A stretch of DNA of 63,997 bases, counting the filler, from Octopus bimaculoides (taxonomy: Eukaryota), in NCBI RefSeq assembly GCF_001194135.2. It is 6 parts of 6 records of this genome, joined end to end, with 100 filler letters (N's around TTAATTAATTAA, not from the genome) between each part and the next. Parts side by side here need not be neighbours in the genome. Positions count along the whole stretch, not along the records: positions 1 to 21,078 come from NC_068983.1; positions 21,179 to 37,035 come from NC_068990.1; 4 more parts are not named here. The stretch is one strand, 5' to 3'. The first letter of the stretch is position 1. Every line of letters begins with the position of its first letter. The position numbers were made by a program, and so were the translations under genes. Shown here one piece after another: positions 12,945-23,086 of this stretch. The notes beneath the pieces were generated by a model. That model was not told the DNA's origin. It made no database searches and worked only from the letters and a program-made list of their open reading frames with translations.

Positions 12945-13884
12945 GGTGATCAAGTTAGTAGCAGAGGTGAATGCTCTGAGAGCACAGCTGTGAGAATAAG
13001 ATTAGGCTGGGCAAAGCTGAGAGAGCTCCCACCTCTGCTGGCAACAAAGGGCCTCTCTCAGAGTGAAAGGCAGATTGTATGAAGCCTGTGTGTGATCAGC
13101 TATGCTGCATGGCAGTGAAACATGGGCTGTGACAGCCAAGGACATGCGTAGGCTTGAAAGAAATGAAGCCAGTATGCTTCGCTGGATGTGCAGTGTCAGT
13201 GTGCATATACAACAGAGTGTAAGCATCTTGAGAGAAAAATTAGAGGCATCAGATGTGGTGTGCAAGAAAGACAACTGTGCTGGTATAGTCATGTGATGCG
13301 TATGGATGAGGACAATTGAACTCTAACTGTGGAGGGAACCTGTAGTAGAGGTAGACCCAGGAAGACATGGGATGAGGTGGTGAACTTTGGGCCTCACAGA
13401 GGCAATGACTAGTGACCAAGACCTTTGGTGATATCCTGTGCTTGAGAAGACCCATGAAGCCAAGTGAAATTGTAGTTGTGCCTGATGCTGGTTTCACATA
13501 ACTGGCACCCATGCCTGTGGCACGTAAGTACCTTTCAGGCATTGGGCCTCACAGAAGCAAAGTCGATGAGCTTGTTTTGAGTGTTGGGCCTCACAGAGGC
13601 AATGACCAAAATCTTTGGCATTATGTCATGCTTGAGAAGACTCATCAAACCAATCAAAATCACAGTCATGGCGGATACCAGTGTCACGTAAATGGCACCC
13701 TTTCTAGTGGCACGTAAAAGCACCCATTACACTCTCGGAGTGATTGGTGTTAGGAAAGGCATCTAGCCATAGAAAACCATGCCAAATCAGACGAGTCCGG
13801 TGCAGCCTTCCAGCATGCCACCCCTGGTCAAACTGTCCAACCCATGCCAGCATGGACAATGGACGTTAAATGATGACGATGACT
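12945..13884 (+). mobile_element. 5'-truncated RTE-clade LINE (ORF2 C-terminus and 3' UTR) in intron 4
   Basis: ORF 13102-13296 reads LHGSETWAVTAKDMRRLERNEASMLRWMC. Same 3' UTR and GATGAC/GAT tail as 2145-3298. Confidence 0.85.
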
Positions 13885-14050
13885 AAGTTAGTTGACATAC
13901 AGTATTCTATTTATTTTAGTTAAGAAGCATAATCACACACAGTTGAATTATTAGCATTAGGAATAAGAGCAACATCTGATTATAAAACTCTTTGCTCTAA
14001 AAAATTTAATAAAGTCTTCAGTTTGAAGACCCATCGGGTTCATACTTTTA

Positions 14051-14249
14051 TACATTATTTACATTTGACGGATATTTGTCCACATCTTGTTTGCTATTAA
14101 CACAACGTTTCGGCTGATATACCCTCCAGCCTTCATCAGGTGTCTTGAGGAAATTTCAAACTTGGGATCTCATTCCTAAGGTATTTTTTCGATGTTAGTA
14201 TTCTTCTTCTTATTATTATTATTCAGGTCATTACGCCATATGCCCGTGT
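14051..14249 (-). mobile_element. Inverted copy of the same element, head-to-head with 14250-14516, with the tRNA head internally deleted
   Basis: Reverse complement aligns over ~180 nt with 14312-14486 and contains the intact hammerhead at 14099-14144. Confidence 0.85.
14099..14144 (-). ncRNA. Minimal type I hammerhead ribozyme (Penelope-type, palindromic helix III), intact core
   Basis: Minus strand reads GACAC CTGATGA A GGCTG gagggtatat CAGCC GAAA CGT T GTGTT. Helix I GACAC/GTGTT, helix II GGCTG/CAGCC, conserved CUGAUGA and GAAA, palindromic AACGTT helix III, GUU cleavage triplet. Activity untested. Confidence 0.75.
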
Positions 14250-14516
14250 GCATATGGCATAGTGGTTAAGAGCGCAGGCTACTAACCCCAAGATTCCGAG
14301 TTCAATTCCAGGTAGTGACCTGAATAATAATAATGATAATAACATCAAAAAAATACCTTAAGAATGAGAACACAGGTTCGAAATTTCCCCAAGACACTTG
14401 ATGAAGGCTGGAGAGTATATCAGCCGAAACGTTGTGTTAACAACAAACAAGATGAGGGCAAATATCCTTCAAATGTAAATAATGTACATAATTCCTCATC
14501 TCTTAAATATAGAACT
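14250..14516 (+). mobile_element. tRNA-headed, hammerhead-bearing SINE-like element, full-length copy
   Basis: Box A TGGCATAGTGG 14255-14265, box B GTTCAATTCC 14300-14309, hammerhead fold 14393-14438 (core TTGATGA), 3' end ...CTCTTAAATATAGAACT. No TTTT inside the element. Confidence 0.85.
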
Positions 14517-15412
14517 TTATTATACTTTAATATTTTACTTGTTCCAGTTATTAGACTACTGCCATTCTGGGGCACCACCTTGAATTTTTAGCCAACAGAA
14601 TCGATCCCAGTCCTTTTTATTTTCCTTTTTTCTTTTTTTTTTTTAAACCTGGTACTTATTCTATTGGATTCTTTTGTCAAACCACTAAGTTACGGGGATG
14701 TAAACACACCAACACCAGTTGTCAAGCAGTGAAGGAGGACAGACAGAAAGATACATACAACAGGCTTTTTTCAGTTTCCAAATACCATGTCCACTCGTAA
14801 AGCTTTGTTCAGCAGGACTGAACCCAGAATCATGTGATTGGAAAGCAAGCTTCTTACCACAATGAAGTCTAGAATATATTCAGTTCAGTTCCTTTTGTAA
14901 TCTTGAGCCCTTTGGACAGCAAGTCAACACCTCAGGTTTCTATGGGCTGCAGTTTTCTCTGCATCTGGTCATGTGATATTGGCCTTTCTAATGTCAGTTA
15001 AAAATGTTCTACATTATCTAGTTTTTGGTCTTCCGCTGGTAGGGTCTATTTGAAAGCTGTTTCAAAACAGCATTGTTCTAGTAGCCGGAGTATTTGACCT
15101 GCTAGTTTTAATCTTCATTCTGTGATGATTTTGCTAAGCTGTCTTTCATTAACTCTCTTTTAGAGTGTCTTCATTGGTTATGTGGTCTTACCAACACATT
15201 CTCAGCATCCTTCTCAAGAGATATTGTGGCTGATGTCAACCATAGAATTAGCAAAGCTGTGGCCATAGTCCATAGAATGTGTGCTGTTTGGTCCTCCATA
15301 CAATTCTAGAATATATTAAAGAATTCTTTCTGTTTATCCAAAATTTTGTGTTCTGTGAATGAATACATTAATTAGTTAGATATATTTCATGTGTTCTTTG
15401 TTTTGCTTCTAG

Positions 15413-15557
15413 GTGTCCAGTGTCAGCTTGTTCGAATGCAGAACTACTCCAAAAATGCAACCTTGAGGAAAATAAAGAATTAAAACGATTTATTGAAAGG
15501 AAAAATAGGCAGAAAGCAAAACATCGAAATAACCCAAAGGAATCTATTTTGTTATGA
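15413..15557 (+). CDS. NSMCE2: NSMCE2 coding exon 5 (R-CPVSACSN...KESILL*; second half of SP-RING and stop); absent from the ORF track
   Basis: Acceptor TTTTGCTTCTAG (15411-15412). The split codon AG+G (Arg) restores C-P-x3-C, completing the Zn ligands. TGA at 15555-15557. Total CDS 714 nt = 237 aa. Confidence 0.95.
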
Positions 15558-15598
15558 ACAACTTTGAACTTTTCATTTGTAATCCCATTTCATTATAA

Positions 15599-15604
15599 AA
15601 TAAA
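15599..15604 (+). promoter_or_regulatory. Probable polyadenylation signal of NSMCE2
   Basis: AATAAA 41 nt after the stop codon; a second AATAAA lies at 15836-15841. Confidence 0.5.
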
Positions 15605-15869
15605 ACATTTATTTCATCTCAATTGCAAAATTTAACACTTTTAAAGCAATCATCACTGTCATTTAATGTCCATTTTTCCATGCTGGTGTCAGTTGGACAC
15701 AATATTTATTGCAATATTTTTTGTTATTTTTTTTATAGCTAAGACTTCACATTAAAATGTAAGGGTACCCTGTGTAACATCTGAGGGTAGAAGCTGGTAA
15801 ATTGATACAATTTAACTGACTGCTAAATATTTTTGAATAAAGTCTCTTAACTCAGAATTACACAACCAA

Positions 15870-16620
15870 CCAAAACCGGATGGCTGACCAGGTTCTGAAA
15901 GTTGAAGAAAGCGCTATGGCTCAGTTGATGAAGAAGAGAGTTGACCTGGATGAGATGCTTTGTGCTTGGAAGAGATACTAATGATGATAGTGAGACAACT
16001 GCAGAAGTTAAGTGTCGGTTATAATTGGCACTTGTTGGCTTAGAGATGGCTTTTGATAGAGTTTGATGTTCAGTGATCTGGCGGTCAGTGAGGAAGCGAA
16101 GAGGAGACAAATGGACTTTGTACTGATGTGAAGAGAGCTGTGCAGACTATGTACAGAGGTGCTGTCAGCAAAGTGAGAGTCAGTGAATTCTGCAATAAAT
16201 TTAACAGAGATAGGTATCAATCAAGGTTTGGTCTTCAGCCCTCTTCTGTTTGTTATAATCCTCTAAGCTTTAGTAGAAGAATTTAAGACTGGCTGTTCCT
16301 GAATACTAATGACCTAGCTCTCATAAATGAATTTCAGAAAATTTAAAGGCATTCCTGATATGGATGCAAAATCTAGAATGGAGAGACCTCAAAGTAAGCA
16401 TAGCAATGGTTAGAGTATTTATGAAGTAAGGGAGAAGACAAAACCCTGCTGCAGTCAGGGAAATGGTGATCTTCAATGTACAATAAAGGAATAAGTAGTA
16501 GTCAGAGTAAACATGGTATCGAGATTGTTGAGAGAGCAACTGCATGAGTCTTCATTGCAAAGTGTGGGGTTGCCGAGTAGTGAGATAAGAACCATTAATA
16601 CAGAGAATTTGCAAAGATGA
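15870..16620 (+). pseudogene. Decayed RTE reverse-transcriptase fragment just downstream of NSMCE2
   Basis: Remnants of RVDLDEM(QFGF) and G.NQG.V.SPLLF.IIL.A..EEFKTGC.(WELLYA)DL; many stops and frameshifts. Confidence 0.65.
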
Positions 16621-17389
16621 GAAAAGCAGAAAGTGAGCATGCTCTACTGGATAGTAATAGTCTTTTCTACTCTAGGCACAAGGCCCGAAATTTTTGGAAA
16701 GGGGACCACTTGATTAAGATTGCCCCTAGTATGCAACTGGTACTTAATTTATCGATCTTGAAAGGATGAAAGGCGAAGTCGACCTTGGCGGAATTTGGAC
16801 TCAGAACGTAAAGCTGGACAAAATACCGCCAAGTATTTTGCCTGGCGTGCTACCGTTTCTGCCGGCTCACTGCCTTTCTGCTGGAAAGTAATTTTGGCTC
16901 AAAGCCAGCAAGTTTGGATGGAGTAAGTTGATTACATCAATGCCAGTGCTCCACTATTATTTTAATGGATCCTGAAAGGATATATACTGGATAGTAATGA
17001 GGTGAAATGCTCAGTGGCAGTTCATCCATTTTACGTTCTGAGTTCAAATTCTGCCGAGGTCATCTTTGCCTTTCATCATTTTGGAGTTGATAAAACAAGT
17101 ACCAGTTGAATACTGGGGTCGATGTAATCAACTTAGCCTTTTCCTTGAAATTGCTGGCCTTGTGCCAAAATTTGAAATTATTCATGCATTTGTGTCCAAT
17201 GCCATACAAGTGAAATGAGAGATAAACTGTGCATATGAGGAATCGGATGTTGTGTCTAAGAGAGAGAGAACAACACAAGTAAAGATATGGAGGATGACAG
17301 TGACATAAAACTGTTCCACTCTTTCAAAGTGAATGTAACTTATGGAAGTAGGGCAGTTTGGTCACTTAAGATGAGGTGACGAAAAATGT

Positions 17390-18990
17390 CATAAAGGAAA
17401 TAACAAAGGATTGTATCAGTTGGTGATGTGACCCACTAGTGTGTGTGTGTAGCAGAAGCATCATCCCACTTCGTGGGAGTAATGCTTCATTGTGGGTTTC
17501 ACTTGAGCCTTGTTGAGTGTCAGAAACTTGGGGCTGAAATATTTTCAGGTCCTGAAGAGAAAGGCCAGTCTGGGATAATATGATCCAAGCTATGTTAAAG
17601 ATGTATTTTCTCCAGGAGAGATGCTTGGTGATTAGTTGGGCCCAAGTATTCGGAACAACCATGAGTGCTGCTCATGCTTTGTGAAGTGCAGTGGTATTTT
17701 CTTAATATGGGCTGTGCTTGGGGGGTGGAGTCCTGTCAAAAGAAGCAAGCCCTGACCCCCATTAAAGAATGCTCTTAAGGTCTCCGCTTATGGAATCAAT
17801 GCAGGTTTGATGTGTGGTGCCTGGTTTTCGTGTAGATGGTGCCTGGTTGGGGAAAAGAAAAGTCACGTCATCTCCATGTGTGAATGTTAGTAGATGTGGC
17901 AACAAGTGGGTTCTTGTTGTACAGAATGAAGGGAGATGGGGACCAAACTGAAACCTGGAGAACACCAGAGTTAATTCAGGGTAGGGAAGAAAGTGCTCTG
18001 TCAACACATGCTGCAATGATGTGATCTAATGAAGTTACCTACCCAGGAAAGAGATGAGCATGGAGCTGAGAAGTTTTTATAGGAAATTTGCATGCTAAAC
18101 TCTGGAAGTCTTGGGCAATGATATTGCTTTTCCTGAACTTCCTCTAAAGTGAGGGCCCACTGGAGAGTGACACAGGAGCCATACTGGTAGTCATTGTGGG
18201 GAGAAAGAAATTCAAGGTGTTGGAGAACATCATAGTCAATGGCTGTCTCCATTTTGTTAGCTGTATTGAGGTAAAAATTAGAGTAAAATTATAGTTGGCT
18301 GGGTCAGAGGGGTTGTTTTTTGGTTGGAATGAAAATAATTGTAGTATATTTCCAAAGATCATGACATGTCCTTGTGGAGAGTAAGAGATGGAAGAATTTG
18401 GTGAGTGTAGGGGCAGGCTTTGGGGTGCAATATTTGAGTGTAAGGAAAGGGACATTGTCAGAACTAGTAATCTGACTGGGTTGAAGCAGCCAGGTTGTTT
18501 CTCTGCTTAGTGTGTGTTTATGTGAAGTGAGGTGGTTAGGGGTTGATTTGGAGGGGATTGGCCAAGGATGTAGAGTTGGATGCAAAGCAGGTAGTAAAGG
18601 TGGGAGCTTTCTCTTTGGGGTCAAAACTTGCAGAACTATCTTTGTTTAGAAGAAGACTCTGTGAATTTGAAGGAGATCCTTTTGGTAAAGGACCAGAAAA
18701 ACTGGCTGCAGTTTGGGAGATGAAAAAGCTTAAGGGTCAAAGGCACAATGTATAGTGGTGTTACTGGGTGAATACCATCCAGTTTTGCGGAGTGGCTGGA
18801 ATATTCCAAGTTTTGTAGGCCTTGTTCTTTTTGCCAGAGCAGCAGCACAGCTACAAGTAAGCTAATTGTGGGGAAGGGACCTTGGGTGCCTTCAGCATAG
18901 TCTGCTCTGTTACAAGTAACTGATCCAGGTCTCTTGCCTGAGGCTAACATCCTCTCCTCTCTACCACCAATCTTGGAAACCTTACTCAAA
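17390..18990 (-). pseudogene. Decayed CR1/L2-group LINE reverse transcriptase
   Basis: Across frameshifts, in RT order: APTLTKFFHLLLST, PK.NPSDPANY, MET.I.Y.VLQHLE.L...YQYG, INSGV.Q.SV.SP, H(G)DDVT at the YADD site, LSWRKYI.NIA, TL.KAQVKPTM. Confidence 0.75.
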
Positions 18991-19740
18991 GACCCAGAGC
19001 TGAACTCATCATGTTTGGTTTAATAGTCTAATACCCTACTATTTTATTTCTACCCTAATTACAAAAAAAGTAAGAGCCCTGGACACTACTATCTTGAAAC
19101 CTTGGACTTAGGACTGGATACTGGTTTCCATGGCATATAAGGGATAACATTTCCCTTGAACAAAATATCAGTCTGTTGCAGGGTTACTCATTAACAGCTG
19201 AGTGAGCTGAAGCAGTCGTTGTCATTGTTTAACGTCCACCTTTCATGTTGGTTGGACAGGAGCCGGCCTGCACCAGACTTTTGTGACTGTTTTGGCAGGA
19301 TCTTTACAGCTGGATGCCCTTCCTAACACCAACCACTCAGCAGAATGAACTTAATGCTTTTTACATGGCACAAGCATAGGTGAGGTCAGTTTTGGCAAGG
19401 TTTTTACAGCTAGATGCCCTTCCAAATGCCAACCATTTTATAGTGTGAATTGGATGCTCTTGAAGTGGCACCTGCACTGACAGGGTCACCAAGTACCTTG
19501 CAAGATCAAAAAAGGAGGAGGTGATCTTGTGTCAGATGATGAAAGATTATAGCGAGACAGAAACAGATATCTTGTGAAATGAAATACTTTGCTCAAGAAC
19601 ACAACATATTGCCTAATCCAAGAAGTGGACCTATGATATGTGGTCATGAGTGCAACAACCTCACCATTAGGCCATGCATTTTTTCATCTTCCCCTGTTAT
19701 GTGAAGTGATTTAATATTAGTGCAATATGATCTAATATTG

Positions 19741-19916
19741 TACATTATTTAGCTTTGACAGATATTTGTCATCTTTGTTGTTAACACGTTTCGGCTGATA
19801 TACCCCCCAGCTTTCATCAGACAAGATGAGGACAAATATCCGTCAAACGTAGTATAAATCGTTTAACGTCCGCTTTCCATGCTAGCATAATTCCTCATCT
19901 CTTAAATATAGAACTG
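19741..19916. mobile_element. Rearranged inverted composite of the hammerhead element, flanked by a 15-bp TSD
   Basis: Minus-strand tail and ribozyme core (19741-19820) are fused to a plus-strand tail (19821-19916). TATGATCTAATATTG occurs at 19726-19740 and 19917-19931. Confidence 0.8.
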
Positions 19917-21078
19917 TATGATCTAATATTGGTTTCACATTTTGGCATAAGGCTAGCAAGTTTGGGGGAGGGGGCTAGTTGATTAAATCAACCCCAGTAT
20001 GTAACTGGTACTTAGTTTATTGACCAAGAATGAATGAAAAGCAAAGTTGATCTGAGCCAAATTTGAACTCAGAATGTAAAGATGTGTGAGGTGCCACTAA
20101 GCATTCTCTCTGGGATGCTTGGGATTTTCCAGCTTACCATCTTCATATGATTTCATATTAACACAAAAAACAAACAAAACTTAATTAAACAACTTAATAT
20201 TTTCCTGTTTTAATTTGCTGTCACATTGAATAATTTTCTTCCTTTCTAACATGCTCCATCTGTTGGCAACCAGTAAGAAGAGACAGAGGAAAATCTGCAT
20301 CTTATTCAATACTAAGGGCCTGAGATTTTGCTTCCAACTACCCATGGCATTTATTTTTGTAATGGATTTGTGTGGAGGAAGGCGTTTTTCTCATGATCTT
20401 CACCAACCTTCTTAGACTATTGAAATCCTCTTGAATGTTTGTAGAAAAAACATGGAAAGAAGGCAATTCTGGAGTAGTTGTGCAGTGAGAGGGGACTGGA
20501 TGAATAAGTTAGTGCTGGTCTGAAGACATAGACACAATATAGGTGATGAGAGAAGGAGACACAAGTGTAAGAGGAGTGTATGAGTTGGGGCAGTGGAAAC
20601 CCAGCAAACTCTGAGAAGAGAGAGGAGACATGTCACTGCTGATGAACAACTTTATACCAATCATTCAAATGGCTTTTCTTTGAATGGCAGTCTAAGATGA
20701 CCATGTACATAGCAGCAGCAGCGCCATCCCAAATGTGGGTGAGGGACTCACCTGTGCTTTGTAGAGGGTTACTAGTTGTAAGGAACCAAAGCAGAGATGA
20801 AAACCAAAATGTTTACAAAAACAAATTTTATTTTGAGAAGTGGGATAGTTCTATAGTCTAGTGATTCCCAACCTTTTCACTATCAAGGACCCTTTTAATA
20901 TGCTTATCCTTCATTAGCACACCGGGCAAAATGCTTAACAATATTTTGTTCTGAGTTCAAATTCCACAAAGGTCAACTTTACTTTTCATCCTTTCAGAGT
21001 CAATAAATAAGTACCAGTTACGCACTAGGGTTGATGTAATAGATTTAATCCCTTTGTTTGTCTCCTCTACGTTTAGCC

Positions 21079-21178
21079 NNNNNNNNNNNNNNNNNNNNNN
21101 NNNNNNNNNNNNNNNNNNNNNNTTAATTAATTAANNNNNNNNNNNNNNNNNNNNNNNNNNNNNNNNNNNNNNNNNNNN
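21079..21178. other. Artificial 100-bp scaffold spacer (44 N + TTAATTAATTAA + 44 N); the same 12-mer sits within N runs at 37080, 43679, 46044 and 54012
   Basis: Identical 12-mer embedded in N runs five times; it carries stop codons in all six frames. Confidence 0.95.
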
Positions 21179-21656
21179 AAGTCACGGGGACATGAACACA
21201 CCAGCATCGATGTTGGGGGGACAAACACAGACATACAAGCACATACACACATACATATATATATACATACATACGACAGGCTTCTTTCAGTTTCCGTCTA
21301 CCAAATCCACTCACAAGGCATTGGTCGGCCCGAGGCTATAGTAGAAGACACTTGCCCAAGATGCCACGCAGTGAGACTGAACCCGGGACCATGTGGTTGG
21401 TAAGATATATATATATATATATCTTATCATTTACTTGTTTCTGTCACTTGAACGCGCCCACGCTGGAGCACCTCCTTGAAGAGTTTTACAAGAACAAATA
21501 GAGTGTAGGGCTTATTTTTTTAAAACCCAGCACTTACGCCATCGGTCTTTTTTTGCCGAACCATTAAGTCGCGAGGGCTTAAACACACCAACACCAGTTG
21601 TCATGCAGTGGAGAGGAACCAACACAGACACAGAAACACACACACACACATACATA

Positions 21657-21687
<31 letters not shown>

Positions 21688-23016
21688 NNNNNNNNNNATA
21701 TAGACCGTGAGCTTTCAGTTTCCGCCTATCAAATCTATTCACAAGGCTTTGGTTGGGCCGAGGCTACAGTAGAACACACTTGCCCAAGCTGCCACGCAGT
21801 GGAACTGTACCCTGAACCATGTGGTTGGGAAGCAAACTTCTTACCACACAGCCATATATACACACACAGGTACGTTAGTGCAATAATAAAAGTATTCTGT
21901 TACTTGCTTCACTCATTTGACTGCGGCCATGCTGGAGCACACACCCTTGAAGGGTTTTCGTCGAAGTAATCGCCCCCAGGACTTGGTAAGCCTAGTACTT
22001 ATTCTGTCTCTTTTTCCGAACCGTTAAGTTATGGGTACATAAAAACACGAGTTCGTATGTGAAGCGATGGTGGGGGAATAAACACACACACACACACACA
22101 CATACATATATATGCGACGGGCTTCTTCTAGTTTCCGTCTACCAAAACCACTCACAAGTCTTTGGTCTGTCCAAGGCTATGGTTGAAGGCATTAGCTCAA
22201 GATGCCATGACCTGGGACTGAACCCGGAACTATGTGGCTGGGTAGCAAGCTTCTTACCACAGTCACACCTGCGCCGAAATATATATANNNNNNNNNNNNN
22301 NNNNNNNNNNNNNNNNNNNNNNNNNNNNNNNNNNNNNNNNNNNNNNNNNNNNNNNNNNNNNNNNNNNNNNNNNNNNNNNNNNNNNNNNNNNNNNNNNNNN
22401 NNNNNNNNNNNNNNNNNNNNNNNNNNNNNNNNNNNNNNNNNNNNNNNNNNNNNNNNNNNNNNNNNNNNNNNNNNNNNNNNNNNNNNNNNNNNNNNNNNNN
22501 NNNNNNNNNNNNNNNNNNNNNNNNNNNNNNNNNNNNNNNNNNNNNNNNNNNNNNNNNNNNNNNNNNNNNNNNNNNNNNNNNNNNNNNNNNNNNNNNNNNN
22601 NNNNNNNNNNNNNNNNNNNNNNNNNNNNNNNNNNNNNNNNNNNNNNNNNNNNNNNNNNNNNNNNNNNNNNNNNNNNNNNNNNNNNNNNNNNNNNNNNNNN
22701 NNNNNNNNNNNNNNNNNNNNNNNNNNNNNNNNNNNNNNNNNNNNNNNNNNNNNNNNNNNNNNNNNNNNNNNNNNNNNNNNNNNNNNNNNNNNNNNNNNNN
22801 NNNNNNNNNNNNNNNNNNNNNNNNNNNNNNNNNNNNNNNNNNNNNNNNNNNNNNNNNNNNNNNNNNNNNNNNNNNNNNNNNNNNNNNNNNNNNNNNNNNN
22901 NNNNNNNNNNNNNNNNNNNNNNNNNNNNNNNNNNNNNNNNNNNNNNNNNNNNNNNNNNNNNNNNNNNNNNNNNNNNNNNNNNNNNNNNNNNNNNNNNNNN
23001 NNNNNNNNNNNNNNNN

Positions 23017-23086
<70 letters not shown>

